Positions 11,880 to 26,149 of a DNA stretch of 64,000 bases are shown one piece after another (the stretch's first letter is position 1; each line of letters begins with the position of its first letter). Location of the stretch: the NCBI GenBank assembly GCA_964016885.1, contig OZ024746.1, positions 64,108,001 to 64,172,000 on the forward strand. Direction: 5' to 3'. The translations under genes and the position numbers were made by a program. The DNA is from Eledone cirrhosa (lineage: Eukaryota). The notes beneath the pieces were generated by a model. The model did no database searches. It saw only the letters and a list, made by a program, of their open reading frames with translations, and was not told the origin of the DNA.

Positions 11880-13356
11880 TTAATGTAGACACAACATACC
11901 ACCTGGCCTGGGGATCGAATTCATGACTTTTCAATCATAAGCCAAACACCTAACCACTAAGCCATATGATTAGAGTATACTGGTAGTACTTATCTAGTAA
12001 GATTGAAATTCATTTACATCTGATTTTGAAGGGATTAATTAATTTTCTCAATTATTATAAGGATTAATTATTTGTTTAATTGTAGCTTACAGCTATTTCA
12101 TTGTGCTCCGAGGCAAGACTTGTTTAAATGCCTGACTCTGCTTGGTTGTTAATAATTTCTACTTCCCATTTGGATGGTTAATGTAAATTTAATGTAAAAC
12201 CAATAACTCCAACAGTATACATATGTCCAAATTTAACAATTCCCATCTCACTTATACTAACAAGAAAAATGAATGGAAGTAATACAGTTCACCCTTACCA
12301 TAAAAAACAAATACCTAAAATATTCACCCTTAGGATTGACAGCATAATTTTTTGATTGGTTTGATACACAACTAGCGATCCAAACTGCCAATATCTTCCA
12401 TTTACATTGCTATGTTAATTTATCATTGTTTGAATAGTAGAGAGGGTTCACTGTATTGATTGAACTTACTGGCACAGATGTGATGGTGTGATTAAGTTCA
12501 TTTTAGAAACATGTATATTCAGATTTGATTACACTGCAATGTACCTGGGAACATGTCTTCTGTTATAGCCCTGGGTTGACTAACAGGGCTTTGTAAGAGA
12601 ATCTGGTGAATAGAAAATATGAAAAGCCTGTGGTTAGAGTAAATATTGACTTAACTTTCAATTTTGTTGATTACCCCTTGATGTTTGTTCATTTATCACG
12701 ATCTCCTCCCTGCTATATTTAAGGAGTTAACTTTGATTCAGAAAAATATACCCGATACCATTAAGCAAGTAACGAGTAACCATAATCACATGACCTGTAA
12801 TACCTCAGTGGATTACTGTTTTGTCAGATTTTGAAAAAATTGTGTGTGTGTATATCATCATCATTTAACATCTATTTTTCCATGCTTGCATGGGTTAGAC
12901 AGGTTGTCCACATTATGAGACAAGTCAGGCCAGCTGGCCGTGCTGTACTTTGCTCAAATGGAAATGTATTTTGGCTGGGATTTTTTTACAGCTGGGTGCC
13001 TTTCTAGCACCGACCATATCTACAGTGTGGAACTGGGTGGTCCCATTATTAGGGAGGTCTGGCCAGTTGGCTGTGTCATGCCTTGCTCATAGGGGGCCGT
13101 GTTTGGGCTGTTTTTTTTTATGGCTGCTAGATGCCCTTTCGATCACCAACCACATTTAGTGTGGAAATCGGGGGTCATGTTATGAGACATGTATGTCCAG
13201 ATGGCCACACCATACCTTGCACATATTAGGACTGTGTGTTGGCTGCTGGATGCCCTTCCTAACACCAACCCCGTTTACAGTGTGGAACTGGGTAACACCA
13301 TTGTGAGGAGGGTCTGGCCAGTTGGCCATGCCATACCATGTCCTACTCACATTATT

Positions 13357-14170
13357 GTTTAATGTCCATTTTTCCACGCTATGGGTTAAACGAGTTGTCC
13401 CATTGTGAGACAAGCCAGGTCAGATGACCATGTCTTGCTCATACAAAACTGATTTTGGCTTGGTTTCTACAGCTGGATGCCCTTCCAAATGTCAACCACA
13501 TTTACTGTGTGTACTGGGTGCTTTTTGTCATGACACCTACATGACCACTTTACAGTGTGGGCTGGGGCTGGGGTGGAGGAAGTGTGTGGTGATTGGGGAG
13601 GTAGATCTAGCGACGTGGGTGAATGGTTGGGTGTTGGGATATGGGTGGAGTGTTCAGATGGGGGAGGCGTATGGAGAGGGGAAAGGTAGGGGAAGTGGTA
13701 CATACTAAATAAATGTTTCAACCCGTGCGGATAGGAAGGCAGGTCTTCTGTATTACTGCATAATGCCAGAGATCTTGGTCCTGTGTCATTACCTTTGAGA
13801 GGTGCAATTGTCTAAGATCAGCTTTTATCACTTCATCACTAGTCTTCCTCTCCACAGCTTCCATCAATTTTGAGTGCCATGGACTTTTTTATATAGCTGT
13901 CATCCTTCATACTCATCACATGTCCATACCAACGTAATCTCTTCTCCTGCACACTGCATCTGATCCCTCTGATGCCCAATTTCTCTCTCATTTAATTTAT
14001 GTTTTGCTCTTCATGTATATTACTATTACACATCCATCGAAGCATGCATGCTTTATTTCTTTTCAATCTTCACAGGATCTCTGCAGTCAGTCCCCATGTC
14101 TCACTGCCATGTAGCCTTGCTGTTCATATACACACCTCATACAATCTGCCTTTCATTTTGAGGAAAAAGC
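13357..14170 (-). mobile_element. Degenerate RTE 3' region with composite 48-mer/GGAAGGGCATCC tail (more tail fragments at 12860-13340)
   Basis: 13780-14170 is the reverse complement of the RTE RT end (ttacgttggtatggacatgtg); 13357-13565 is the tail module. Confidence 0.8.
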
Positions 14171-14839
14171 CTGTGTATACATACAAACACACATACACAT
14201 ATATATATATAGTTAGATATACATCCAAACTATGCCAGCATGGATGTTAAATGTTGATGTTATTATATTTGTGTGTATGTATTTTTGTGTCTTCATATCA
14301 AAACCATTTGAAGCAAACATTACATAGTTAAATAGTTAATGTCCTGCACAAAGAAAATGTCCCACAGCTAAATGGTCAGTAGCACATACCATACTTAAAC
14401 ATATAGTATACGTTGGCATCAGGCAGGGCCTCTGGCCATGGATAAACTGCCTCAAAAATGTCTCATCCACCACATAGAAGAACCGTCGTAGAAAAGTTGA
14501 TGGACGACTTAGCTGATATGATAATATTCATATTTATACAGAATCTATATTGATTAATAATATGTCAGTTTTCTTCAGGGTGCCTCACAATCCACAAGAT
14601 CCTTGTTCTCTTTAATATTTGTTTATCTAGTTTTAAGATATTTAAGTATGTAGGTCCATATTTAAATTAAGTATACTGATAGATTTATGTAAGTTCTATC
14701 TTGAATATATTGTTTTTCTATCTTCTGTTTCAAATACATCTCTGTCACTTAAGGAAACATTCTGTTTAAATGATAGATGGTTTCCATTGCTGAATTATTT
14801 ATGAATAACTATTCCTGACTAGATAGAGATGCAAATAAT

Positions 14840-14877
<38 letters not shown>

Positions 14878-15879
14878 TGATAGTATTGATAGTAACAAAA
14901 AAAAAATGTATGTACGTATATATATACACACACATATATATATATATGTACATACTTTTTTTTTGTTACTATCAATACCTTTACATCTTATAAATTTCAA
15001 AATATAGAAGTGTATTTTTTTCAAATATTTGTGGCCACTTCATATAAACATAAAAGAATATTCTTCTATGTTGCCAACCAAATAAATATTGTGAACAAAG
15101 AATTGTTTTACAATTATATTTCTTAACAAGAATAGTATAGACTGCTGATACAGTTCAGTTTATTTTCAAAGCAATCAATATAAGATACTTTCTATTTATT
15201 TGTTGGCATTGTTTAACTATTGTTTAGAACACAACAGAGTACAAATATTTACCTAGGGAAATTTCACATTAACATTCATCTAATAATGAGATTTCAGTGA
15301 AGATTTTAATTTAAATATGAACACTTGAAAACAGACAGTTTTGGGTGGGTTGGTGTCAAAAAGGTCAAGGGTGATTTTGAGAAAACTGAATATTTTTAAT
15401 TAGAAAATGATTTTCTGAGTAGTGTTTAATAAAAAAAAAATGTCTTATTAAATGGAAAGCAGATAATTAACACTGTTAATTAACAATTGGAATGCAGCCT
15501 GTCAATGGACATATGTATAATGTTTTTATTATAGAGTGAATGAGACAAAGAAAGTAACCAGACAGCCCTAAACATATACAGATCCGAGTTCAGGGACCTG
15601 ATTTTCATGATCAATATCAGTTTGCTATTTAAATCCTCATAGAACTTTAAGCAAATAAACATGCATCATATATACTTTTACAAATTAAACTCTCCCAAAT
15701 TAAAAGGAAACTCTGATTCTTAAGTTATACAAAACGTGCTTTATATTTTGTATTTCTAATGTGCAAACCTTATATTATTGAGTGAGTAAGAGATGGTCCA
15801 AGCTGCAAAGTGTATTGATTCTTTTTGACTAGCTTTGTGAAAATATACGTTAAACAGTGTTGATGATGATGTATATATA

Positions 15880-16270
15880 TATGCTCCTGATGATCTCTAA
15901 AATAAGTGGCCTGGGAAATTTCACCATAGTTGTACTTGGACCCCGTACTGCTGAGCTCCTCCCCAAGATCGGAGCATCAGTGGCCCACCTGAGGAGGGAG
16001 CCCCGTGAGGTCGGGTGGCTGTTGCAGTGGGTGACACTGGCCATCGTCCAGGGGAATGCTTTTGCCGTCTTGTCAGCAGGGTGCAGCACTTCTGCCCTAG
16101 GCCCAAAGCCCAATCCCCCTACCCTCCACCCTTCCCCTATCTTCTGCGACACCGATCTTTTTCTTCTTTCTCTCCTCTTTTTTTACTATATTTTTTTCTA
16201 TATTTCCCTATTTTTTCTTTCCTTTTGTTTCCTCTTCTTTTTTTATTATTTCTATATTGAAAATAAATGA
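15880..16270 (+). mobile_element. 3' fragment of a CRE/RLE-type non-LTR retrotransposon
   Basis: ...REPREVGWLLQWVTLAIVQGNAFAVL resembles the QRLSLAIQRGNA C-terminal motif of restriction-like-endonuclease LINEs; followed by a pyrimidine-rich tract and aataaa. Confidence 0.6.
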
Positions 16271-18994
16271 TTTAAAGTTCTAATGTACATGAGTGTGTGT
16301 GTGTGTGTGTGTTTAGATACACAAACATATACATAAAATGGGCATATACAATGTTTCTATCTACCAAATTCCCCCCTCAAGATGCCACAAATTAGGATCA
16401 AACCCAGAGCTCTCATGATTTTTAAGCAAAATTCTTAACCTCACAGCTGTGCCTGCAGCCAGTTGTAATACACGTTTCATATTATAATAGAAAATACGTT
16501 TTTATTTTATGAATCCTGGGTGCAATTAGAAAATAGTCCGTTGGAAAATTAATGTTATTTCTGAAAATATGGAACATATCAATTGAAAGACTTTGTCTTC
16601 AGCAACATGACGTACTAATAATATTACAGATATTAGTTTGCAAAATTTTATTAAGCATTTGTTATATAGGTTGGCCGAGAAACAGCTGTGAACTTTGCTA
16701 TTTATTAAAAATGGCAACTTATATTTCAATTCTTGCTTCAAACATAATATTAATAAAAGTAAATATTAATGTGTTCATGATCAAAGTTTGCTTTTATGAC
16801 AAATTTCCCAATATAAGAGGAATAGGAACAATTAAGGCTTTTGCATGTATGTGAAACTGACTTTCATCCAACTTTTATTAAGGTCTTCCTTGTTGGCTTA
16901 CAGAGTTGGAGTTCTCTGAATAAAATATAACAATGCTACTTCAAAAGGCTAAAACTTCATTGCGTTTTGCCTCTAGTATATTTTATGCAACTGCCAGGTA
17001 TTATTCATTGGCACATCAATGAAATAGATAAGGGAAGATTACCATTTTTTTTTACCTTGAATGCTAATCCTTGGTCTATTCTCATGTATTCATTATCAAC
17101 TTTAAAGAGATGTGGTTGTGTTGTATAAGAATATGAATTTTAGCCAATGATGAATAGTTATGATGTCTGTTAAATAGATTGAATGCCATTGCATTTGAGC
17201 ACAGATTTACTATATTATTGTCATTCAATCTGTACACCAATATTTCATTATTCACATTCATTCTAATGGCGTATGAACCTCTTTTACCTTTTCGTTTTCA
17301 ATTGAAACTTTTCTGTTGTACCAAACAGTTCTTGTTGCTTTGACTTTTTCATCAATGCTGTTATTATATATATAGTGGTGAGAAAGTTATCAAAACAGAC
17401 AGACTATGATTTTGGAAAGTCCTTTAGGTTTTCAGTAAATTTGGCATCAAGATCTTTCTTTAATCTGAGCTATCCTTTCATTTTTGCTCCAGCTACAGTC
17501 TCTTCTTTGATATGCATAAATGTATTGATGCATCTACACTGCTTTTCATTATGTATTAAAAGAGAGAAGTGCATATTTATAAACCCTTGTCATCCAACAT
17601 TTTTTCACACAAATGCTAATGACCTAAATGTAGGACATTGATATTTATAAACACATTACAGAAACACATTTGATCTGTTAGATGTTAAAATTACAACAGT
17701 AAACACTCACCTATGCCTATAATGCTTTTTGATTGGAATAAACATAAAATAGTAATAATTTAAAACCTTTGAGATATTGAAATAATTACCTGAGTGAAGA
17801 GGTTGCATACAAAAATCAAAAATCAAAGGTTTATCAATTTTGGTTACTTCCTATAGCAAACACATAACTTGGGAGTCATAAAGTATATAATGTTTACATT
17901 TTACTGATGGACTTCTAAAATAAACCCATATAGAAAATATTTTTTTTCAATTAAAGCACATTTCCTATGAATATGTTTAAAGGTTAGCTGAGTAAAAAAG
18001 ATGAAAGGTATAAATCGAATAGAAAGGTGTTAAATGTTCTCACTATCTATTTGCTTCAACATATTTTTCTTCATATTTATAAAATAAATTTATTTAATAT
18101 TTCTAGAGAAACAGTATTAAATTATACACTTTTTAATCACCTTGGTACATTGTTTAGTAGAAATTGTTGAATAATTAACTACTAATAGACTTGATTGTAA
18201 TACAATTATATTTCTCTTATCATATCAACAATCTTAATGAATGCAACATACAGATTAAATTTCAAATATTAGTATCCCCAAATTAACTAAGTATCATTGT
18301 AAATTTTGTAAACCATTCATAAGCTAATATGTTATTTGTGTTATACTGGACTGAGGCTTTCATAACAGAGAGAATAATGTCTCCTTAGAAGCAATAAAAT
18401 CTGTAGAAACAAGTTTTTTCATTAATGTTATAGTTATGTTCTATTCGAAGCAATTATAATGAAAATATGTCTTTTATTATATTCTATAACTTTTATTGCA
18501 ATATTTTTTTTATTGATGTTGTTATTTTTATATCCATATCTTTGTAGAATTTTGGTGCCACTGAATATTTCTAACTTTCCTTTAATCTCGTGAGATAAAT
18601 CAAAGGCACATTTAACTGACACAGCTGAAATAAATGTGATAAATTGCAGACACCTTGTAGCCAACAAAATGTGCTCTTAGAGTGCTCGCCTTCTTCAATA
18701 GTTGAACAGTTCCATGATGTTATGATAGTTGAACAAAGCAGAAATAAAAACAATACAAAACAAAATAAATTTATTTAAATTCTTGAAAACAGTGTAATTG
18801 CAGGAAACCATAGTAAACCGCAGGACAAATGGAGCATACCCTTCGTTCTGATTGAATGTAATTTAAATATTATATACATTTCTTTCTTTCTAATGGTTCC
18901 TGCTTTATATTACTTCTGTATGGGTATGTGTGCGTGTTAGTGAGAGTAAGTGTTAGTGTAGGGAAATGTTTATATTAGTGACAAGATTTAGCAT

Positions 18995-18997
18995 ATT

Positions 18998-19033
<36 letters not shown>

Positions 19034-19192
19034 GTTATATATATATGTGTATGTATATATATATATATATGTGTATGTATATATATGTGTATGTGTATGT
19101 ATATGTATGTGTATGTATGTATATGTGTATGTATGTGTATGTATATGTGTGTATGTGTATATATATATGTATATATATATATGTGTATATAT
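18995..19192. repeat. (TA)n/(TG)n compound microsatellite
   Basis: Visible directly. Confidence 0.95.
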
Positions 19193-19499
19193 GAATTAGG
19201 CATCTTATTAGTTAATAAGATGCCTGGAAAATAGTTTTATATAACAAAATAAAAACAATGACTAGTGTTTTGTGATAGCAGTTATATAAAATATCTTGAA
19301 TTTGTCATTGTAATTTTTTGTTATGTGTGTGTTGCTTCCTGTGTTTAGTATTGATTGAACAAATACACTCAGATGGTTCTAGGTGATGGTTCAATGAAAA
19401 TAATATTGTTTAGAAACCAAAGTTTCTTTGTCAAAATTCCGGTATTCTTATCCTGTCAGGATGAGCTGTCAGTTTGTGTTTGTTTCTCTTTCACTATTC

Positions 19500-19637
19500 C
19501 CCCACCACCTCTCTCTCTCTCTCTCTCCCATCCCTCTCCCCCTCTCTCTCCCTCTCTCTCTCCCATCCCTCTCCCCCTCTCTCTCTCCCATCCCTCTCCC
19601 CCTCTCTCCTTCCCCCGCTCTCTCCCTCTCTCTCTCC
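19500..19637. repeat. CT-rich polypyrimidine repeat with ctctcccatccctctccccct units
   Basis: Visible directly. Confidence 0.9.
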
Positions 19638-20334
19638 TGTAGTTTACACCAAATATGAGAAACAAAATAGCTTGAAAACAATCCCAAAGAAACAAACACT
19701 TCCAACCACAAAAGTATAAGATTAAATGAAGAATAGCATTAATAATAATAATTCCTTACATAACAATAAGGTTAAATGTTTTTTTTTTACTTGATATAAA
19801 AAAAAAAAAGAATTTGTTGTGACCTTAATGCCTGCTCTAAATGTAGGTGTGTTATAAAAATGTTCCACCAATACGTTTCTTTTTAGTATCAATCATACTT
19901 TGTGTGTATGTATAATTCAAATAGGTGAATATATTGCATATGCTTGACCTCATATTGTTTCTGTAGTGGATGGCATATTTTTAACAGAAGCACTTTCGTT
20001 ATTGGTTCATTTAGTTTTTATGGAGGTGAGGAAAACATAAAAATTATTTATTTTCATGAAATAATTTTCATAAGAAACAATTTCTTCTAGGCAGGTATTG
20101 AGGTATGGAATTCACTTTGCAACCACATAGTTTCAGATTGTCACACTGTGTGACACATTGGGCAAGTATTTTCTATTATAGATTCAGATTGAATAATGCC
20201 TTGTGAGTGAAATATATCATCATCATTTTATGTTCCATGCTGGCAGGGCTAAACAGAACATTTTGAAGCAATGTTTTGCAACCAGATACCCTTCCTGACA
20301 CCAGCTCATATAATATAATAATAATAATAATAAT

Positions 20335-20520
20335 TGTTTCTACTTTTGGCACAAGGCCAGCAATTACCTAGTACATTACTGGTACTTTATTTTATCGACC
20401 CCGAAAGGATGAAAGGCAAAGTTAACCTCGGCGGGATTTGAACTCAGTCCGTAAAGGAACATAACTATGCTGGAAAGCATGGCGTCTGACTCTCTACCGA
20501 TACTGCCAATCCACTGCCCT
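20335..20520 (-). mobile_element. SINE A with (TTA)n tail
   Basis: Full reverse complement of family A including both Pol III boxes. Confidence 0.9.
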
Positions 20521-20879
20521 AATAATGAAATTATTGTGTACAGTTCTCAGGTGCACTACAACTCATTAAATGTGCGTGTATAGTACATAGAATAATGTAC
20601 AAATGTCAGGAAAATGAACAGTGATGAAATACACAGTAATACAGAGTACCCGACCTCCCATGGGTACAAGCTGAAGCATATAGACAATATGCCCCCACAC
20701 CCCCCACCGCAAGGTGGTCGTGGAGGTGCCACGGCAAAAAAGCATTTTAAACGCATGCAGGCATGAGGGAGAGAGAATAAATATATATAAAATGTAGCAT
20801 CCTTAAAAACAAAGCTGAAAATAAGACTATATTAATATATTATTCTGAATAATACCGAAGACATATTTGATGATGACCT

Positions 20880-21075
20880 GAATAGAGCTGTTTTTTCTCC
20901 AAGAAATTTTTTTTATTTCTGTCACTACTCACTCTCCTATCTTTCTCATTCTATTTTCTGATGAAGGACTAGCGTACAAAACGTTAAGACACTTTTCCTA
21001 TTATATCAAGCATAAACTAATATATTTCTTCATTGTACTGTGTTGTGTGCTTTGTTATTTGTTTGCCTTTTGCAT
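20880..21075 (+). mobile_element. Short PLE-type repeat with decayed minimal hammerhead (copies at 30780-31000 and 42690-42875)
   Basis: ctgatgaaggactagcgtacaaaacgttaagac at 20958, ctgatgaaggactagcgtctaacacgttaagac at 30872, further decayed at ~42783; shared flanks. Confidence 0.6.
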
Positions 21076-21085
21076 ATATATATAT

Positions 21086-21345
21086 GGAAAAGAATGAAAC
21101 GAAATTTCATTTCTCACTCTTAGTACGGCTGATACCTAAATATAAGTATGTATACGTACATACATATATGTGTACAGACGTACAGTAGTATGTATATATA
21201 TACATACATGCACATATACATATATATATGTACATATGGGTTTACCGAACATTTATTATAATGCTCGGTTTGTTTGTAAACAAACAGCCCGAATTACTGT
21301 ACGTCTGTACACATATATTTATGTACGTATACATACTTATATATA
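21086..21345 (-). mobile_element. Rearranged, partly inverted copy of the 466-bp HHR element at 38306-38908
   Basis: aaacgaaatttcatttctcactcttagta and tttgtttgtaaacaaacagcccgaatt match the 38.4-38.8 kb unit in reverse; 21145-21190 and 21296-21340 are inverted copies of each other. Confidence 0.75.
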
Positions 21346-21355
21346 TATATATATA

Positions 21356-21621
21356 TAATTCGTTTTTGAATTTGTTTTGTGAGATTTCTTATCTGAAGAT
21401 GTGTGTTGAATCAGACATTGTTATGCATTGGAAGGATTATGCTGCCAATAAAAACACACATACCTGTTGTTTTTCACTTGTTTATATATAAACGACCTTC
21501 CGGTTATCGAACCAACCAACCAACCAACCAACCAACCCGAAATTTATAATAAATTGAAGTGAAAACCAATGGGTGTGTGTGTTTTTATTGGCAGCATGTC
21601 CCTCCCAAAGTATAACAATAT
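21356..21621. repeat. Foldback element with ~70-bp imperfect arms
   Basis: atgctgccaataaaaacacaca...ttttcactt / aagtgaaaacc...tgtgtgtttttattggcagcat. Confidence 0.8.
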
Positions 21622-22419
21622 CATCATCATCACCATTTTACGTCCGTTCTTCCACGCTAGCATGGGTTATATATATATATATATATATATAATCATCGTT
21701 TGATGTCTATTTTCCAGACATACATGGCTCAGACAGGTTGTCCACATCAAGATATTTAAAATTTAGCTTGTGAAACTGCAGTTAGAGGGGAAAGAATTCA
21801 TTAAGCCATAAGGATTTGCTTCACAAACATCTTTTGCCTCTCGGGATACACTAGTGAGGTTTCTTTATCTTAAAGTGCTTTCCTGTGATCTTCCCTTTAG
21901 TCATTTCTGAGCCTTATTTCAGATGGATTTATGTTTGTATTTATAAGCTTCTTTGAATTATATTCTCAGGGTTATTATTCATTGAGATGTTATGTATATC
22001 ACTGACTAAATTTGCAGAGATCAAAAATGTTTTGATCCCTGCAAATTCTTTGCTTATTCTTCCAATACATATTTATGCTTCCAATACATATTTATGCTCT
22101 GAGATGCTTCTTATTTTCAATCTTTTGGATTTCAACTTTTGGTTTTTTTATCTCAGTTTTGTTTGGTGTGTATGTGTATGTAGGTAGGTATGCATGTACA
22201 TGTATATGTTTAGCTCCAGGTCAGTTCTGATTGAGTAGTTCCATGATTAAAGATGTTCCAGCCATCACCAACTATCCTATCTTATCTATCAGCAACTACA
22301 TGTTTCTGAGTATCTTTCTTTGTGTTTAAGATGATAGACTGTAATAAGAGGAAGATTTGGATCTTATTCCTAGCAGGTTAAGCAACCACATAGAGGCTCT
22401 CTACCATCTTGTCTTGTGG

Positions 22420-22852
22420 CATCAAAATATGACCAAAATTCTATTGAAACACACTGCTTATGTGCTTCAATTAATTTCGAAAATGATCAAGAATTTTGAG
22501 TGATTTAGTGAAATAACGTTTATTATTAAGTTGATGTTTGGGACATAACAATTAGGGCTTTATATAAAATGAGATTATCATTATCATCACCATCATTTAA
22601 TGTCCGTTTTCCCTACCAGCAAGTGTTGGACAGTTTATCACAGACTGTCAATACTTAAGCAGAGCTACTGACCTCTCCGATGGGCCAGGGTGCATCTCAC
22701 TTACATGTGTTCCCACACTTTTCCGAGTTCACCAAGTGCATTGTATCATGACACCTGAAACCTTGATTTAAATATGAACACCTCACAATCAGAACTTTTG
22801 TATTAGAACCTGAGGTGGCTCTCTCAAGTGGATTGGTATCAAAAAGGGTTAA
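22420..22852 (-). mobile_element. Interrupted piggyBac-like MITE fragment, second family (other fragment at 50755-50940)
   Basis: End ggtatcaaaaaggg|TTAA is the reverse complement of TTAA|cccttttgatacc at 50755; internal sequence also shared. Confidence 0.55.
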
Positions 22853-23309
22853 GTGTTCCTGAAGCTTCTGCTATATATTTTAAATGAATGAAACACATTT
22901 TACTATTGGCATCCTCACCATTTGGCATATATATGGCACTCAATCATATATGACTGGAATCAATAAAGGGTCTACTTCTTGCTCTACATTGTTTAACACA
23001 AAATATAACAGCATTAATTCCTTATATTGGCACACAGCCATACATTTTAACAAGGTCATTCAAGTCCAGTTCTTATTATATTTTATTTATTTTATCTCCA
23101 AAGAATGACTTTGATGAGATTTGAACTCAGAATGTAAATAACATTAAATAGTATTAAGCACTTACTTCTACTCTATTATTTCTGCCTCATCAATGACCTT
23201 GCAATCAATTTTGATTTTCCATATAATTTTATATAATTATGTATAATTAGCAGTGGAAGTGTGTGTTCTGAGAGTTTAGTAGCTAGAATGAGAGAATGGA
23301 AGAAGTTTA

Positions 23310-23768
23310 AGGAGCTACTACCTCTGTTGACGACAAAAGGTTGTTCCCTATGAATGAAAGGATGACAGTATGACACCTTTTAACAATGTACAATGCTGCA
23401 TGGTAGTGAGACAAGGGCAGAGGATATGACTATTGTTTATTGTAGAGACTTGAGAGGGACAAAAGAAGTAACTTTTGGTGGAATTTGAACACAAAATCTC
23501 AAAAAGTTAAACTAAATATTTTAGTTATTTTAGGAAGCTACTACCTCTGTTTAGGGAGCTACTACCCTCTGTTGACGACAAAAGGTTGTTCCCTATGAAC
23601 GAAAGGATGACAATATGACACCTTTTAACAATGTACAATGCTGTGAGACAAGGGCAGAGGATATGACTATTGTTTATTGTAGAGACTTGAGATGGACAAA
23701 GGAAGTAACTTTTGGTGGAATTTGAACACAAAATCTCAAAAAGTTAAACTAAATATTTTAGTTATTTT
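23310..23768. repeat. ~240-bp local tandem duplication of an RTE fragment plus flank
   Basis: ggagctactacctctgttgacgacaaaagg...aaatattttagttatttta occurs at ~23310 and ~23554. Confidence 0.9.
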
Positions 23769-23953
23769 AATGTTCTAACTTTAATCTAAATAAAGTAAAG
23801 AATAAATAAATCAATAAATCCAATCAATATTTAAAAAGATAAACAATCTATTTTTAGAAGTGTTGAGTGAGTTATGAATTTTTTAAAACAATTAGTTAAT
23901 TTAGAGTAAAGGGCTACAACACACAATCTTTTTTTAATTTTGGAAAATAATCT

Positions 23954-24141
23954 AAGTTGGGTATATAAGTCCTTGGAGATAGTAAAAAGTGGATAGTACC
24001 AACTGTTGACTCACTGACATCTTTCATATACCATATAGCCTCAAATTCAGCCTTTCCATATGGTATATAGAAGATTGAGTTCAAGTCTTATGGTTGGTGT
24101 TGTTAACATTTTTCCATCTCAGGGGCTTATACGTCCAACTT
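23954..24141. repeat. Imperfect foldback/MITE-like element
   Basis: aagttgggtatataagtccttggagatag / ccatctcaggggcttatacgtccaactt. Confidence 0.55.
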
Positions 24142-24894
24142 CAACTATTTTTCATAGTAAAAAAAAGAAAAAAAAACGGTAATTTTAACTGTAGGCTCTA
24201 CTCTAAGTTAACTTAATTTTCAAAAAAAATTGTAAAAGATATTTTACATTAGTACAAGGTTATGTATTTTATATAGAAGCAGTATGCTTCGTTAAATAAA
24301 CTGCTAATATATTTCTAATATCAATTTTATTGGCTCCACAGAGATGAAAAGCAAAGTTGACCATGGTAGGATCTGAACCGAGAATATAAAAGAATGTTAG
24401 TAATTACTAGAAAATGTCTTAAATGTCTTGCCTAGTACTCAAATAATGCTGTCTTCCTCTGCCATCAAATCAATATTAATAGTAAATAGTGAATCATTTG
24501 ATTTCCTTTGATGGGAATTATTCTATCAAGTAATTATATATAATAATGTGAATGTTTATGTGACAGCTATATTTTAATCATAACTAATAAGGTCTTATTT
24601 AATTGGTGTAGTTACGTGCCGATCTTAAGTTATAGTTATGATGTTGGAACAGTGTTGAGTATAGTTAATACTGTAAGAATTATAGTTGTTAAACATGGAC
24701 AGTAAATGCTGAAGACCTGCAGAAGGTGTCGAGGAAGGAGGTGAGCATATGTTTATTGAATGTGTAATGTTAGTTTACTTAACAAGAGAAATTGAACTTT
24801 GTAAATTAGAGAAATAAAAATGACTGAACATCATTTAAAATTTGCTGATATATAAAGGAAAGATATGTTTGATGGTATGGGCATATTGTGAAGG

Positions 24895-25400
24895 TCATTA
24901 CCCAGTGGTTAGGATGTTGGACCTATGATCACAATTTTTCTTGTGTTCAGTTATTGACCAGATTGCGTTCTGTCCCTGAGGTAAAACATTTCTTTCATGT
25001 TGCTCCAGTATACTCAGCTGAAAATGAGTATGAGGAGTAGCTGGGAATTTTACCCTGTGATGGACTGGTATCTTGTCCAGGGGGAACTGGGGAACTCTTG
25101 TAGTCTTAGTTACTTAATGCTAAGGAAACTGAGATGAACACCAGCCCAATGAGCCTCTGAGTTTATGACAGCCTTTGACATTTTTTCTTCATTGGCCCCA
25201 TTTAGTCATGGTTGACAATGGTGTTACACCTAGAAAACTGGGCAAGGTGTTTTGGTGGAAACCCAGCTGTTGCCCTTGCATACTAGACTCCCTCTTCTCA
25301 CCACCGATGTTGTACAAGAAAAAGGCAAAGGCCAATGCAGCATGGCACCAGTGACATCACAACTCATTTCTACAGCCGAGTGAATTGGAGCAACGTGGCA
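24895..25400. mobile_element. Two degenerate SINE B copies tail-to-tail with different 3' modules
   Basis: 24895-25180 (+) has a tRNA/CORE-like head then accctgtgatggactggtatcttgtccaggggg; 25190-25400 (-) matches 7800-8030. Confidence 0.65.
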
Positions 25401-26149
25401 TGAAATTTTATGCCGGACATCATCAAGGGATGTACTTTTGTGCATTTGTCTGAAATTAATTTTCGACCTGGAAGTGGACATGCATATATTTGAACAGCGA
25501 GGAAGTGTTGTGACTGATGGAATTACATTCATATAAATGTTTCATGCTGGTCTCTTTATGTGTGATCTCCCATGATTAACAAGACCAACTTTTTTTAATG
25601 TGTAGTATGACTGATATCCCTTCTGATCTTTTATGATACTGAACTTAAAAAGCTTGCAGTTTTGGGGCACTACATTTTACTTTTTGATGGGAAATTCAAT
25701 TTTTCTGAAATTGTAGACTGTTTTTTTTTATGGTTGTATACTGTCATTCACTTCTATTCAGAGCAAGATGTTCAAGGTTAATATTTGTAACATCACAAAA
25801 TCTCTTTTGATTTGTGGTGGGGCCCCTTTCTAAGAACTAATTTATGATAGGGACTATACGATTGGAGAGGAATCTCTAGTTTGGCCTCTTTAGTGCTGGT
25901 ACTACACCCAGTCCACTCTGCAAAGTGGTAGTGCTGGTGTCATGAAAAACGCACCTAGCATATCCTCCAACTATAGAAAGTTAAATAGTTTAAGTGCATA
26001 ATCTACCATTTATTGAAAAAATTATTGAAAAGCTGATTGTAAGACTGATACAGAAATATTTACAGACAAAACTTACTTCTGTATCTATATCAGTTGTCAT
26101 ATAGGATTGGTTCTTCAACAGAAACAACAGAACTTACTTAAATTATATA

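Noticed and set aside
16900-17650. Possible decayed DNA transposase or exons
   Set aside because: Only vague peptide resemblance, with stops in each frame I tried and no TIRs
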